This document shows, one piece after another, positions 1-10,537 of a DNA stretch of 44,146 nt. The stretch is from Acaryochloridaceae cyanobacterium VAR_48_metabat_390. Lineage in GTDB: Bacteria; Cyanobacteriota; Cyanobacteriia; Thermosynechococcales; Thermosynechococcaceae. The notes under the pieces are model-generated. The model saw only the letters and a list, made by a program, of their open reading frames with translations, did not search any database and was not told the DNA's origin. The translations under genes were made by a program, and so were the position numbers. Each line of letters begins with the position of its first letter. The first letter of the stretch is position 1. Location: positions 1 to 44,146 of the forward strand of contig JANPLU010000027.1 of assembly GCA_031422435.1 (NCBI GenBank). Reading direction: 5' to 3'.

Positions 1-756
1 ACCCGTGACGGCGGCGACACCTTACCCTTTGGCGACGTTGCGGGGGATGTTTATCTCAAAGAAATTAAAGCAGCCGTCGCCCTTGAATTTATTGCAGGAT
101 TCCAAGACAGCACCTTTAGACCCCAAACGCCTCTTACCAGAGAACAGCTTGTCTCAATGGTGCTTGAAGCGCTTAAAACTTTGCCAAAGGTTCAGATTAC
201 GGTTCCCACTGCCGCTGCTACCAACCCCTACCCAGACGTAGACGCAAAACGCTGGAGCGCTGCTAAAATTGCATTTGCGCGTGACAACAAGATTGTCACC
301 GGATACCAAGACGGCACGTTTTTACCCGATAAACCTGTGACCCGTGCAGAGCTATTAGCCGTTTTGAAACGGGCGGCAGAGTATGCTAAAACCCTTAAAA
401 AACAGCCAATAGCCCTAGCATCAACCCAGGCTGCGTTTGTGTTTGAAGATATTAAAGGACACTGGGCCGAAAGTCTGATTACGCAGATGTCTACCTACTG
501 CGGCGTTGCGTCTCCGTTGAATGAAACAGGCACCGCCTTCGCCCCCAATGAACCCGCGTTTCGGAATTACTCAGCCGCAGCCACACTACGGACTTTAAAC
601 TGCCTGAAGAATCCTTTCGCGTCTCCTCCCGCTTCTAAATCTGTAACGCCTACTCCTAAATCTGTAGCACCTACGCCTAAAGCTGTAACGCCTGTTCCCA
701 CATCTAAGCCTGTTGTGACACCTCCTGTTTCTAAACCTTCGATACCGCTTAAGTAA
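1..756 (+). CDS. S-layer homology (SLH) domain protein, 5'-truncated by the window edge, with a Pro/Thr/Lys-rich C-terminal tail
   Basis: Frame is open from base 1 (TRDGGDTLPFGDV...FIAGFQDSTFRPQTPLTREQL) and in frame with ORF 157..756. SLH-type motifs GFQDSTFRPQTPLTR, GYQDGTFLPDKPVTRAE and FEDIKGHWAE. Confidence 0.85.
   Translation, partial: TRDGGDTLPFGDVAGDVYLKEIKAAVALEFIAGFQDSTFRPQTPLTREQLVSMVLEALKTLPKVQITVPTAAATNPYPDVDAKRWSAAKIAFARDNKIVTGYQDGTFLPDKPVTRAELLAVLKRAAEYAKTLKKQPIALASTQAAFVFEDIKGHWAESLITQMSTYCGVASPLNETGTAFAPNEPAFRNYSAAATLRTLNCLKNPFASPPASKSVTPTPKSVAPTPKAVTPVPTSKPVVTPPVSKPSIPLK
634..696 (+). repeat. Three imperfect 21-bp coding tandem repeats (SKSVTPT / PKSVAPT / PKAVTPV)
   Basis: tctaaatctgtaacgcctact, cctaaatctgtagcacctacg, cctaaagctgtaacgcctgtt. 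Confidence 0.8.
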
Positions 757-765
757 GACTCCAAA

Positions 766-808
766 AAATCAAAAGCGCCCTGCTGTCAGAGTAGGGCGCT
801 TTTGATTT
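766..808. terminator. Bidirectional intrinsic terminator between the convergent SLH gene and ccmK4
   Basis: Inverted repeat aaatcaaaagcgccctgct-gtcag-agtagggcgcttttgattt with A/T tracts on both sides. Confidence 0.85.
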
Positions 809-825
809 AAGCATCGCTTTACATT

Positions 826-1194
826 TTATCGAGAAGGCCCCAGCGCTCTAAAATTCACGCCCTGAGTTTCTTGACGAAATTCTTCTACTTCTTCGGTGTA
901 GCCAATGGGTAAAACGCGCTCAACGTTTTCATGGGGACGAGGGATAATGACCCAAGTTTCAAGCACCCCTCCATACACCTTCTCAACCACATCAATCCCT
1001 GCCGCCATTGCCTGTTTCACTTCAGATACGTCGCCGCGAATGTTAACGGTAAAGCGCGCACTTCCGGCGCGGAGATAGCCCACTAACGTAACCCGACCTG
1101 CCTTCAGCATGGCATCCGAAGCAGCCAACACCGCCGGAAAACCTTTCGTCTCTAACGATCCGACCGCCTGTTGAGAAGGCATTGAGTTCGACAT
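826..1194 (-). CDS. ccmK4: Carboxysome shell hexamer protein CcmK4
   Basis: BMC domain [24 protein letters not shown]...[20 protein letters not shown]...[12 protein letters not shown]; the RAGS motif is typical of K4. Start reassigned to ATG 1194, which has AGGAG upstream. Confidence 0.92.
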   Translation of the reverse strand: MSNSMPSQQAVGSLETKGFPAVLAASDAMLKAGRVTLVGYLRAGSARFTVNIRGDVSEVKQAMAAGIDVVEKVYGGVLETWVIIPRPHENVERVLPIGYTEEVEEFRQETQGVNFRALGPSR

Positions 1195-1258
1195 TACAAT
1201 TTGCTCCTGAAGGAATACTTTTAGTCTTGATAGACTGCTAAAAAGTGCCGCATTAATC

Positions 1259-1573
1259 TTAGAGGTTAAACCGAAAGTCTTCAACTTCATCGGTAAAGTG
1301 GATTGGCAACACGCTTTCCACATTTTCAGGCGGGTTTGGCACAATATAGTGACTGACTAAATTATCGCCAGGGGTTTCCTCTACTGCCTTAACGCCAGCT
1401 TCAACGGCTCGCGTCACCTCTGAAACACGCCCACGAATGGCAACCAAAAATTCTGCACGCTCCGCAAGCCCATAATACACAAGCGTTACAGCACCTGCTT
1501 TAACCATGGCATCTGCTGCGGCCAATACAGGAGGAAACCCAACAGTCTGAATAACTCCAACGGCCTGGGGCAT
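1259..1573 (-). CDS. ccmK3: Carboxysome shell hexamer protein CcmK3
   Basis: [27 protein letters not shown]...[10 protein letters not shown]...[12 protein letters not shown] matches CcmK3; lies directly upstream of ccmK4. Confidence 0.92.
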   Translation of the reverse strand: MPQAVGVIQTVGFPPVLAAADAMVKAGAVTLVYYGLAERAEFLVAIRGRVSEVTRAVEAGVKAVEETPGDNLVSHYIVPNPPENVESVLPIHFTDEVEDFRFNL

Positions 1574-1669
1574 GATTTTTTGTTTCAAATGGGCAAGGTC
1601 AATTATAGAGTTTATTGGAGCATAGGTACGGAAAATCTGACCAAAAGTCTAGGGAAATCGTGAAGATTT

Positions 1670-1685
1670 TGTTAAACTGGCTACA
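1670..1685. promoter_or_regulatory. Possible NtcA-type site in the ccmK3/rpe divergent promoter
   Basis: TGTTAAACTGGCTACA fits TGT-N10-ACA, one mismatch from GTA-N8-TAC. Confidence 0.3.
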
Positions 1686-1734
1686 TTAATTTGCTGATCG
1701 TTTTGCCCTGCTCTTAAGAGAACCCCTTAAAGCC

Positions 1735-2433
1735 ATGACTTCAACCAAGCCCATTGTAATTTCGCCTTCGATTTTGTCCGCAGATTTTAGCCGTCTGGGA
1801 GAGGATGTCCGTGCGGTGGATGAGGCGGGAGCCGATTGGATTCATGTGGATGTGATGGACGGACGATTTGTCCCCAATATCACCATTGGGCCGCTGATTG
1901 TTGAGGCATTGCGTCCGGTCACAAAGAAGCCTCTGGATGTTCACCTGATGATTGTGGAACCAGAGCGCTACGTGGCAGATTTTGCAAAGGCTGGGGCTGA
2001 TATTATTTCGGTTCATGCAGAAGCCAGCTCTACTACGCACCTCCACCGCGCTTTGGGGCAGATTAAAGAGTTAGGCAAAATGGCTGGGGTGGTTTTGAAC
2101 CCTGGCAGTTCTTTAGAGCAGATTGAGTATGTGCTGGATCTGTGCGACCTTGTGCTAATCATGAGCGTTAACCCTGGTTTTGGAGGACAAAGCTTTATCC
2201 CTGGTGTGGTTCCTAAAATCCGTCAGCTTCGTCAGATGTGTGATGAGCGCGGTTTAGACCCCTGGATTGAAGTGGATGGTGGACTAAAGGGTGCGAATGC
2301 TTGGCAGGTGATTGAAGCGGGAGCCAATGCGATTGTGGCTGGGTCTGCGGTTTTTAATACGTCTGATTACGCTGAGGCGATTCGCTCAATTCGCAGCAGT
2401 AAGCGTCCTGAGCCAGAATTGGCGAGGGTTTAA
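1735..2433 (+). CDS. rpe: Ribulose-phosphate 3-epimerase
   Basis: [40 protein letters not shown] and IEVDGG motifs. Confidence 0.98.
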   Translation: MTSTKPIVISPSILSADFSRLGEDVRAVDEAGADWIHVDVMDGRFVPNITIGPLIVEALRPVTKKPLDVHLMIVEPERYVADFAKAGADIISVHAEASSTTHLHRALGQIKELGKMAGVVLNPGSSLEQIEYVLDLCDLVLIMSVNPGFGGQSFIPGVVPKIRQLRQMCDERGLDPWIEVDGGLKGANAWQVIEAGANAIVAGSAVFNTSDYAEAIRSIRSSKRPEPELARV

Positions 2434-2460
2434 GCTTAAACATAACGTAGATGGTGTTAG

Positions 2461-2499
2461 AACAGCCGCACTTTCATAGCTTGAATAGCGGCTGTTTTT
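2461..2499 (+). terminator. Intrinsic terminator downstream of rpe
   Basis: Stem aacagccgc...gcggctgtt running into a T tract. Confidence 0.7.
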
Positions 2500-2702
2500 A
2501 TGTGTTCTTAAAATAAAAACGACTCAACAGTCTGTCGCATTGAGATGAATTTAAGCCTTCTAGGAAGATAGAAGTTTGAGCATTGAGACAGGCCGTTTGC
2601 TGAGATGAGCGCCTGAAGTTTTTGATGAGCGGAACGACCCACATTATGCTGACACTGAATCAACTCGCGCTGTTCAGCATTAAGTGCTGCTCAGCCAGAC
2701 CA

Positions 2703-4292
2703 CTACAGCGGGCGATAAACACGGTAGTTAATATTGGGGAAAATGTTGTCCATCAGCCCTACCTTCTCTAGCCAGCCGGAGTCAATTTTTGCTTCTCGAA
2801 TATCGTTATAGAGTTTGTCAAACCGGACTAAATGCGATCGCGTTCTTCGCACCGCATAAGGCACCATCGTCCCCGTCCGCATAATAAACGCCCAGTCCGA
2901 AGCTTGAGCTAGCAAAATTTCCCGTGCGGCCTGGTTAAGGGCACGCCACTCTAGCTCGTCAGCAGGCTCACGCTTGGCAAGCTCAATCATGCGCTCAGCG
3001 GCCTTGTGCAGGTGCGGATAAATCCAGGCGTTGGTTTCATTGAGCCAGTATTCGTGAAAGCCCTTGTAGCCCCAGCTCGACTGCGACGGGCGGCAAACCT
3101 GCTGGTTTGGGTTGCCCCGCAGATAGTCTGCCAAATGGGTCATTTCGTAAGTTTGCTGGTCGTGCCAAGACTTGCGGCAGAGAAAATCAATAAACTGAGG
3201 GCCTTCATACCACCAGTGCCCAAACAGCTCCGCATCGTAGGGCGACACCACAATGGGCGGACGCTGCATAATGCCGTTGAGGTGACGCACCTGCTGCTCA
3301 CGGTTGACCATGAAATTTTCGGCGTGTTGGGCTGCTTTTTCTTTCGCCCAGTAAGGGTCGTACAGCGCCTTGTCGCTCAAGCCCAAGCCCTTGCCCGTAA
3401 TTTTGTGGTACTTGATGCCCACATTTTTACGCTGTCCGTTGGGCATAATGTAGGGCTTAATGTAGTCGTAGTCTGCTTCCCAGCCCAAGTCTTTATAAAA
3501 CTCGCGGTACTCAGCCGCGCCAGGGTAGCCTACTTCAGAAGACCACACCTGCTGTGAAGACTCCTGATCTCGCCCAAAGGCCGCAACGCCAGTCTCGGTA
3601 AAGATGGGGGCATAGCTGCCAAAGCGAGGGCGAGGCCGCGCGTAGAGAATGCCATGTCCGTCGGTCAAAAAGTAGCGCAGCCCTGCGTCTGCCAGCATCC
3701 GCTCTAGGCCTTCATAGTAGGCACATTCTGGCAGCCAGATCCCCTTGGGTGCGCGCCCAAAGGCATCTTCATAGCTTTCGCAGGCCACCTGAAGCTGCGC
3801 CCACACGGCCTGAGGGTACATTTTCATGAGGGGCAGGTAGCCGTGGGTGGCACCGCAGGTCATGATTTCAAGATTGCCGCTGTCTTGAAATTTTTTGAAT
3901 GCCCCAACAATATTGCGATCGCAGTCTTCCCAATAGGCGCGAATTCTGCCAAATTCTTCGATATAGTATTCGGCTAAATACTTGAGATGACCGTTGAAGG
4001 TATTGCGCTCAGCCTCTAGAGTTGCCAGCTCTTCTAGGGTTGCAAGATAATCGTCAAACCGATCCTGAAGCAGCGGATCTTGGAGCATTGCCACCAGTGG
4101 CGGCGTCATGCTCATCGTAATTTTAAAGTCGATGCCGTCTCGCTTTAGACCCTCAAACACCATGAGCAGGGGCACATAGGTTTCGGTAATGGCCTCATAG
4201 AGCCACTCTTCTTCTAAAACGTAGTCGCTTTCTGGATGCCTAACAAACGGAAGGTGGGCATGAAGCACCAGCGCAAGGTAGCCGACGGTCAT
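2703..4292 (-). CDS. Glycoside hydrolase family 57 protein (1,4-alpha-glucan branching enzyme type, DUF1957 C-terminus)
   Basis: LVLHAHLPFVRHP, GIWLPECAY (nucleophile Glu), PYDAELFGHWWYEG (acid/base Asp), LLAQASDWAFIM. Confidence 0.93.
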   Translation of the reverse strand: MTVGYLALVLHAHLPFVRHPESDYVLEEEWLYEAITETYVPLLMVFEGLKRDGIDFKITMSMTPPLVAMLQDPLLQDRFDDYLATLEELATLEAERNTFNGHLKYLAEYYIEEFGRIRAYWEDCDRNIVGAFKKFQDSGNLEIMTCGATHGYLPLMKMYPQAVWAQLQVACESYEDAFGRAPKGIWLPECAYYEGLERMLADAGLRYFLTDGHGILYARPRPRFGSYAPIFTETGVAAFGRDQESSQQVWSSEVGYPGAAEYREFYKDLGWEADYDYIKPYIMPNGQRKNVGIKYHKITGKGLGLSDKALYDPYWAKEKAAQHAENFMVNREQQVRHLNGIMQRPPIVVSPYDAELFGHWWYEGPQFIDFLCRKSWHDQQTYEMTHLADYLRGNPNQQVCRPSQSSWGYKGFHEYWLNETNAWIYPHLHKAAERMIELAKREPADELEWRALNQAAREILLAQASDWAFIMRTGTMVPYAVRRTRSHLVRFDKLYNDIREAKIDSGWLEKVGLMDNIFPNINYRVYRPL

Positions 4293-4438
4293 AGAGCTTT
4301 AACCAATAGAGTTCAGGAATAGCGGGGATCTATAAATGATTCCTTCCTATACGTTTCTATTGTGCCAGAGCGTGTCCTACCCGAAACGCAAAGTGATGAA
4401 GCTGTAATCTGAAAAGTTGAGATTTTTCAGCCGTGAAA

Positions 4439-5899
4439 TTATGGACGGAGTTTTTGAGATGGCTGCTGCGATCGCAGACGAGAAGACCTCGACCCTCGGC
4501 TAATCGGCGCAACAGTCGCCGCCTCTTCCGGCGCAATCAGTCCCTCAACGCGACCATACCAGCGCACTAAAACGCGAGCCAAACGTTCAGAGCTATGGCG
4601 CACCAAGTGCGTCTTAGGATCTTCCTCCATCACGTTGGCCAAAATCACGCGACAGCCTAGACGCATCAGTTCATCACGGTCAGTATTGATGGGGTGAGAA
4701 TTTTCATAGGAATAATGGTGTTGAGCAGCGGCAGTCGGCGGCTGTTTTTGCACCAACACCGCATCAAACAGCCGCCGACCTGCTGCCGCGTCAATGGCCT
4801 TAATATGGTCTGATACCCGATAGCCCGTCGTTTCCCCAGGCTGGCTCATGATGTTGCACACGTAAATGCGCGGGATGTCTCTACGACGAGCGATCGCCGC
4901 AATAATATCGGGCACCAGCAGGTTAGGGATCACGCTGGTGTACAGGCTTCCGGGTCCTAATATAATGAAATCGGCTTCGGCGATCGCCTTCAGTACGCTG
5001 GGTAATGCAGGAGGGCGAGATGGCGTACAGCCAATTTTGACAATTTTGCCCCCAGCGGCGCTAATTTGAGATTCCCCTTCAATGCGCTGCCCGTCTTCAA
5101 ATTCTGCCCAGAGCCGCACGTCGCTAAGGGTAGCGGGCAAGACCTGACCGCGAATGGCAAGCACTTGGGAACTGGTGGCGATCGCCTCCTCCCAGCCGTT
5201 CGTAATTTCGCTCATTGCCGATAAGAACAAATTCCCAAAACTGTGGCCTGCCAGGCCGTCCCCCGTTCTAAAGCGGTACTGAAATAGCTCCGTAATCAGC
5301 TTTTCTTGATCTGCCAGTGCCGCTAAACAGTTGCGGATATCCCCAGGGGGCAGCCCCCCCATTTCTCGTCGCAGCCGACCGGAAGAGCCACCATCATCCG
5401 CCACCGTCACCACTGCCGTAATATTGGCGCTGTATTCTTTAAGTCCTCGCAGCAGGGTAGACAGCCCCGTTCCGCCGCCCACCGCCACAATTTTTGCCCC
5501 CCGATGAAGCCGACGATGGGTGAGCAGCCGATCAACAAGCTCATCATTTCCCTCCGGCATCAGCACTTCTGTAATCGATCCCAGGGTGCGAGACTGTCCC
5601 CACCAGACCAGCAGCAGCCCTAGCCCAATGACCAGTAGCCCTCGCATATAGCCAGGGACATACTGCGTGACCACCTGAAGCAGTAGCTGAACAAGCTGAA
5701 TGACGTAAAAAACAGGCGTCAACCGAATCAAGATTGCAAACCCTAAAACAGTCAACACGACCCCCACTGCGCTCATCAAAAGCCATCTCTTGACCGATAA
5801 ACCAGGCGCAAGCCACTTTACAGACTGCCCTAAGCGACCTGGCAATCGTCGCCCTGCTTTTTTTGTGACGTTTGTCAAAACGTCCTTAAGCAAAGCCAT
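4439..5899 (-). CDS. yvcK: YvcK/GlmR (UPF0052, CofD-like) family protein with N-terminal transmembrane segments
   Basis: [62 protein letters not shown]. Confidence 0.9.
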   Translation of the reverse strand: MALLKDVLTNVTKKAGRRLPGRLGQSVKWLAPGLSVKRWLLMSAVGVVLTVLGFAILIRLTPVFYVIQLVQLLLQVVTQYVPGYMRGLLVIGLGLLLVWWGQSRTLGSITEVLMPEGNDELVDRLLTHRRLHRGAKIVAVGGGTGLSTLLRGLKEYSANITAVVTVADDGGSSGRLRREMGGLPPGDIRNCLAALADQEKLITELFQYRFRTGDGLAGHSFGNLFLSAMSEITNGWEEAIATSSQVLAIRGQVLPATLSDVRLWAEFEDGQRIEGESQISAAGGKIVKIGCTPSRPPALPSVLKAIAEADFIILGPGSLYTSVIPNLLVPDIIAAIARRRDIPRIYVCNIMSQPGETTGYRVSDHIKAIDAAAGRRLFDAVLVQKQPPTAAAQHHYSYENSHPINTDRDELMRLGCRVILANVMEEDPKTHLVRHSSERLARVLVRWYGRVEGLIAPEEAATVAPISRGSRSSRLRSQQPSQKLRP

Positions 5900-6033
5900 G
5901 ATGGTTAGCAGTCAAACGACTTTGGGGAAGCGTCATGTCATTAAGGGCAATGATGATATTTTTTGAATCATTTAAGCCTTAGGCAGACCTCATCACAATC
6001 AACACTCAGGCAGATTCAGCAGGCAGGTTAAAA

Positions 6034-6336
6034 CTACGCTAAAGAATCTAAATCCTCGAGCGGCATCGGCTCATTTTTAATCCGCAGAATGGGCAGATTG
6101 GCAATGAGTGCCGTGGTGCGCTGGTCAGACTCTAAGGACACGTTAAGACTATCCATATCAATCTCAACGTAGCGAGACACCACCTCAAGGATATCTCGAC
6201 GCATGGACTCCATCATGGCTGGAGTTAGGTCAGCGCGGTCATGGGCTAGCACAAACTTCAGGCGCCGCTTGACCTGATCGCGACTGTTGCTGCTGTCTGA
6301 CCCAAAAAAGAGTTTTTCGATAAGCTCGCTGATCAT
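6034..6336 (-). CDS. minE: Cell division topological specificity factor MinE
   Basis: SRDQVKRRLKFVLAHDR, ALIANLPI; follows minD. Confidence 0.96.
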   Translation of the reverse strand: MISELIEKLFFGSDSSNSRDQVKRRLKFVLAHDRADLTPAMMESMRRDILEVVSRYVEIDMDSLNVSLESDQRTTALIANLPILRIKNEPMPLEDLDSLA

Positions 6337-6424
6337 AGGATTTCAACTTAAGGCTTCAAGTTTTATGGCGTTACGGATCAACATTACAAAAAACGCTGTT
6401 TAACAACGCAAGCGCTGATATGGC

Positions 6425-7228
6425 TCAAGATTTAGACTTAAAGAGGCGGCGAAATCTAGAGAACAGCGTATCGTGGGCAGCGTTGAGGTCTAAGAAGTCA
6501 ACAGTTTTTCCTTCGATGCGCTGCACAATGTTGTTAAGCGCCATTTTGCTCAGAGATTCAACCTCAGACAAGACGAGTGGTTCGCCTCGGTTGGTTGCCA
6601 CAATGACTCTCTCATCGTCAGGGATAATGCCCAGCAGCGGAATGGACAGAATCTCTTGAACGTCACTTACGGACATCATGTCGTTAGACTGCACCATCGC
6701 CGGACGAATCCGGTTAATAATCAGCTTCACGTTTTTGATGCGGTTGGCTTCGAGTAGCCCAATCACGCGATCTGCGTCCCGAACCGCAGAGATTTCGGGG
6801 GTTGTGACCACAATGGCCTCATCCGCAGCGGCGATCGCATTTTGAAAGCCCATCTCAATCCCCGCTGGACAGTCAATCAGCACGTAGTCATATTTTTTGG
6901 TGAGTGCATAGGCTAACTGCTTCATCTGCTCTGGCGTCACAGCATCTTTATTGCGGTTTTGAGCGGCAGGCAAAAGCACTAAATCATTTTGCCGCTTGTC
7001 GCGCACCAGCGCCTGCTCTAAACGACATTGACCTGCCAATACCTCAAGAGCGGTATAAACCACTCTGTTTTCTAGACCCAGCAGCAAATCTAGATTCCGT
7101 AGGCCAAAGTCTGCATCCATGAGCGCCACGGAGCGACCATTGCGGGCAAGAGCAGTGCCTAGGTTTGCAGTACAGGTTGTTTTTCCAACCCCCCCCTTGC
7201 CAGAGGTAATAACAATAATTCGACCCAT
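6425..7228 (-). CDS. minD: Septum site-determining ATPase MinD
   Basis: SGKGGVGKTT deviant Walker A, GLRNLDLLLGLENR, C-terminal amphipathic helix FSRFRRLF. Confidence 0.98.
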   Translation of the reverse strand: MGRIIVITSGKGGVGKTTCTANLGTALARNGRSVALMDADFGLRNLDLLLGLENRVVYTALEVLAGQCRLEQALVRDKRQNDLVLLPAAQNRNKDAVTPEQMKQLAYALTKKYDYVLIDCPAGIEMGFQNAIAAADEAIVVTTPEISAVRDADRVIGLLEANRIKNVKLIINRIRPAMVQSNDMMSVSDVQEILSIPLLGIIPDDERVIVATNRGEPLVLSEVESLSKMALNNIVQRIEGKTVDFLDLNAAHDTLFSRFRRLFKSKS

Positions 7229-7313
7229 ATCAGTTTAAATACTCAACAGTTCTCAATGCTCTCGGTCGTTTCTCAACGGAAGATTGCCGTTTCCCCTACG
7301 CTGACTAGGCTCA

Positions 7314-8168
7314 TTATCCAGCATCTCGCCCCGAAGTGACGCCTCGCTTGGCAATCTCAGATGCCCGTGAAATTTGAATGCCCTCAGCGCCGATGGAAGC
7401 GACCTCTGGATAAAACTGGTGGGGAGCCTTTTCTGGCGATCGCGCCACTTGGTCTGCAATCCGAAGCTGTGTCGGCTCCATCTGTAGCGCCATAATCTGG
7501 CATTCATGATCGCCATTCGCCCCTGCGTGAGCCACCCCGCGCAGCCGCCCCCAAACCAAAATGTTACCATCCGCAATGATGGCGCTGCCAGGGTTAGTAT
7601 CGCCAACCACCACTACCGACCCAGGGTGACGCACCTCGGTTCCTGAGCGCAGCGTTGTTTCAAGATATAGTGGCTCAGCCAACATTGGCACCACAGGCAG
7701 GGGCGCAAACTTAACGGCGTTGGCTTCTGACAGGCGCAGTGCAGGAGACTGCTGCTCAACAGAGTATCCGGCGGAAACGGCAGTAATTGCCGTCTGACGG
7801 CGGCTGGTCACGACCCGCTTTAGGGTTAGATTTGCACCAGAAAGTGCAGCCTCAAGCTGCTCGAACTGTCGTGGATCTAAAAGTCTGTCATTTGCCATCA
7901 GGCAGACAGAAGTATTGGGAGGCCAAATTTTAGCGCTAGATTCCAGCCGCTGCTGAAGCTGCTCCCAAAGATGCGGCCACTCTACTGTCATAACTTTGGC
8001 AGAGGGTAAATGAAGATACAGCAAACCCTGTACGGCCTGAAAAAAGATATGCCCGTTTTGATTGGCTCGCTCCGCTGGAGATGCGGTTACTAAAGCCTTA
8101 GTCTTAATGTCTGCAATATCTGCCGTAGACGCGGCTTCCGCTGCTTGGGAGGCACTATCAGGCTGCAT
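7314..8168 (-). CDS. minC: Septum site-determining protein MinC
   Basis: TTLRSGTEVRHPGSVVVVGDTNPGSAIIADGNILVWGRLRGVAHAG; first gene of minCDE. Confidence 0.95.
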   Translation of the reverse strand: MQPDSASQAAEAASTADIADIKTKALVTASPAERANQNGHIFFQAVQGLLYLHLPSAKVMTVEWPHLWEQLQQRLESSAKIWPPNTSVCLMANDRLLDPRQFEQLEAALSGANLTLKRVVTSRRQTAITAVSAGYSVEQQSPALRLSEANAVKFAPLPVVPMLAEPLYLETTLRSGTEVRHPGSVVVVGDTNPGSAIIADGNILVWGRLRGVAHAGANGDHECQIMALQMEPTQLRIADQVARSPEKAPHQFYPEVASIGAEGIQISRASEIAKRGVTSGRDAG

Positions 8169-8235
8169 AAACCATCCTTAGGGTCAAAAAGAATCCTCTA
8201 GGCCACGCATTGCCCATCTCGTCAAAGAATGCCAC

Positions 8236-9153
8236 TTATCGAGGGGCAGGCGTAGCGGATCCATTGGGTCTTACCACATTCAGTCGCTGGCTGACAATAG
8301 TAATTCCGCCATTTTTAATCAGCACCGCAGAAATCCACTTGCGCGTGGGCTGCTGGGGTGCTTGACCCGTCTTAAAGATGCCGCCGGATGTTAAAGGCTC
8401 TAGAGTAATCACGGCAGGTTGGAGGTATCGCTCTAAACTGATGGTTTCTTCAAGGGCAGAACCCAGCAATAGGTCATCTCCTAGGGGTTCTTTGACCACG
8501 GCGTCAAAGCTAAAGGTCTGACCCACGTTCACCTGGTCGGGGAGGGAAATATTTACATTGGGTGGGGTGTCCCCTCCAGTTAGTCGCGTTTGCTCAGACA
8601 AAACTTCTTGAGACACAATTTTTTGGTCTGCAATCACGAGGCGCGATCGCACAGTAGAAGTAAGCTTCATGTCTCGGTCAGCCGCTTTGCGAACCCCACT
8701 TAAAGTGGTGGTGGTTTCGAGGGCGTAACGATTTTGCGACTCTGCTTTTAGGCTATTAATTTGAGTTTGATACTGGATAGACGTAGCGTCTTTCCAAAAC
8801 GTTTGGAGTGCCTGCTGTTGGGTTTTGAAGTCTAAGCCATCGGCGTGGGTAAAGCTGGGGCTATAAAACTTCATGGTGGCATCTAGGTCTTTGCGACTGG
8901 CGGCGGCGTCTAAGTTCTTGACTAGGGCGGCGATCGCAGGGGGCACGACTGCGCTAACGGCAGGCGCTTGAGCCAGAGGGGTTGCGGCAATGCTTGAAGG
9001 CAATGCCAAGCTGCTCAACAAAACCACGGCGCTGCTACCCAAGGCTGCTCTTACAAAATTTTGGGTGATGCCCTCTGGTCTCAATGCTTGCGCTGCATTG
9101 ATAGGTCGTTGCCACTGCCACCGTTTTTTGACGTTCATGCCACATCCATACAA
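8236..9153 (-). CDS. Exported NTF2/SnoaL-like domain protein, cyanobacterial conserved hypothetical
   Basis: Signal-peptide-like hydrophobic segment, then LDAAASRKDLDATMKFYSPSFTHADG and a C-terminal beta-rich domain (GGIFKTG). Start uncertain. Confidence 0.7.
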   Translation of the reverse strand: MYGCGMNVKKRWQWQRPINAAQALRPEGITQNFVRAALGSSAVVLLSSLALPSSIAATPLAQAPAVSAVVPPAIAALVKNLDAAASRKDLDATMKFYSPSFTHADGLDFKTQQQALQTFWKDATSIQYQTQINSLKAESQNRYALETTTTLSGVRKAADRDMKLTSTVRSRLVIADQKIVSQEVLSEQTRLTGGDTPPNVNISLPDQVNVGQTFSFDAVVKEPLGDDLLLGSALEETISLERYLQPAVITLEPLTSGGIFKTGQAPQQPTRKWISAVLIKNGGITIVSQRLNVVRPNGSATPAPR

Positions 9154-9412
9154 CTACGATCTTTCATTAAAACCGCTACATCGCGTGGTTTTGACTCAAC
9201 CATAACCTACGACAGCGAAGCAGAGTTTAGATACCTTAGATTCTAAGGCACAGACTGAGAAAAAATTTCACCTTAGCCCACTCAAAGCATTATGGAGCAA
9301 GACTTTAAGACTAATCAGACTCCATTTAAATCTAGACGAAAAACGTGCAGATTCGGCGAGATTAGGGCAGTTCCGCTGATACAATCAGTGCGCTCAGTGC
9401 ATTTTGTTTGCC

Positions 9413-10528
9413 ATGACCTCTTCTGATTCTCGATCTCGTCCTTCTCCGATTCGGCTTTTAGTCGCAGCCAGCGGCACCGGAGGTCATTTGTTTCCAGCGA
9501 TCGCCGTGGCTAAAACCCTAGCAGACACCCACGATGCCCAAGCCCGTCACGCCCAAACCTATGAGATTGAGTGGCTAGGGGTGCGCGATCGCATGGAAAC
9601 GCAGCTTGTGCCGAAAGAATACCCCATGCATATCATTCCGGTAGAAGGGTTGCAGAGCAAACCTAGCCTCAAAACCCTAGCAATTCTGGGCAAATTTGCA
9701 CTGTCCTTTTGGCAAACCCGTCAGATCCTCAAACGCGGAAAATTTCGAGGGGTGCTGACCACGGGAGGCTATATTGCGGCTCCCGCTATTTTGGCTGCGC
9801 GATCGCTCGGTTTGCCCAGCGTGCTCCATGAGTCCAACGCCATTCCAGGGAAGGTGACTCGGTTTTTGAGCCGCTGGTGTAGTGCCGTGGCCTTGGGCTT
9901 TGCCGCAGCGCAGCCCTATCTACCAGGCGTAAAGACCCAAGTGGTTGGGACGCCTGTACGAGACGGATTCTTAAAGACCAGTCCGCTGGATTTAGAGATA
10001 CCTAAAGACGCATTTGTCATCGTCGTGATGGGCGGCAGTCAGGGCGCGTTAGGACTCAATCGGCTGGTGCGCCAATGTGCCCCACTGTGGCTTCAGACCG
10101 GACTTTGGATTGTGCATCTGACGGGCGATCTTGACCCCGATGTCAAAACCTTAACCCACGCTCACTATCTAGAAATGCCGTTTTACGACAACATAGCGGG
10201 GTTATTACAGCGCGCAAATCTTGCCATTAGCCGTTCGGGAGCAGGCACCATGACAGAGCTTGCCATTACGGGTACCCCCAGCCTACTGATTCCCTACCCC
10301 TACGCCGCTGAAGACCACCAGTATTTCAACGCCAAGTATTTTGTAGACGGAGGAGCCGCCGATGTATTCCGTGAAAAAGACATATCGGTAGAGCAGCTTC
10401 AGGATGCGGTGCTGGCGTTAATGCGCTCACCCCAGGTTCTCCACAAAATGGCAGCCCAAGCCAAACGCCTTGCCGTCCCAGACAGCACTGAACAGTTTGC
10501 CGATATTGTCCGTCAGTACGTTGTGTAA
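9413..10528 (+). CDS. murG: Undecaprenyl-PP-MurNAc-pentapeptide GlcNAc transferase MurG
   Basis: ASGTGGHLFPA, TGGY, LHESNAIPG, GGSQGA, SRSGAGT, LIPYPYAAEDHQYFNA. Confidence 0.96.
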   Translation: MTSSDSRSRPSPIRLLVAASGTGGHLFPAIAVAKTLADTHDAQARHAQTYEIEWLGVRDRMETQLVPKEYPMHIIPVEGLQSKPSLKTLAILGKFALSFWQTRQILKRGKFRGVLTTGGYIAAPAILAARSLGLPSVLHESNAIPGKVTRFLSRWCSAVALGFAAAQPYLPGVKTQVVGTPVRDGFLKTSPLDLEIPKDAFVIVVMGGSQGALGLNRLVRQCAPLWLQTGLWIVHLTGDLDPDVKTLTHAHYLEMPFYDNIAGLLQRANLAISRSGAGTMTELAITGTPSLLIPYPYAAEDHQYFNAKYFVDGGAADVFREKDISVEQLQDAVLALMRSPQVLHKMAAQAKRLAVPDSTEQFADIVRQYVV

Positions 10529-10537
10529 AGTAGGTAA

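Noticed and set aside
5..241. 78-aa ORF in the ORF track
   Set aside because: Out-of-frame shadow of the SLH gene, whose true frame is open from base 1.
1195..1344. Long N-terminal extensions in the track for ccmK4 (likewise txlA, hik2, gshA, hpt, the pentapeptide gene, gamma-CA and M23)
   Set aside because: They overlap neighbouring genes or lack family motifs. Downstream starts match the family N-termini, and several have an RBS.
2561..2573. 13-mer TAGGAAGATAGAA, also present at about 41415-41427
   Set aside because: Several 13-mer matches are expected by chance in 44 kb, and the contexts differ.
2500..2702. 47-codon minus-strand GTG ORF and short GATGAGCG repeats between rpe and GH57
   Set aside because: No RBS or recognisable similarity, and the repeats are too short and irregular for a CRISPR or REP call.
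3006..3557. 183-aa antisense ORF within the GH57 gene, and the many similar antisense or alternate-frame ORFs
   Set aside because: Fully nested in well-supported genes with no recognisable motifs; expected from codon bias.
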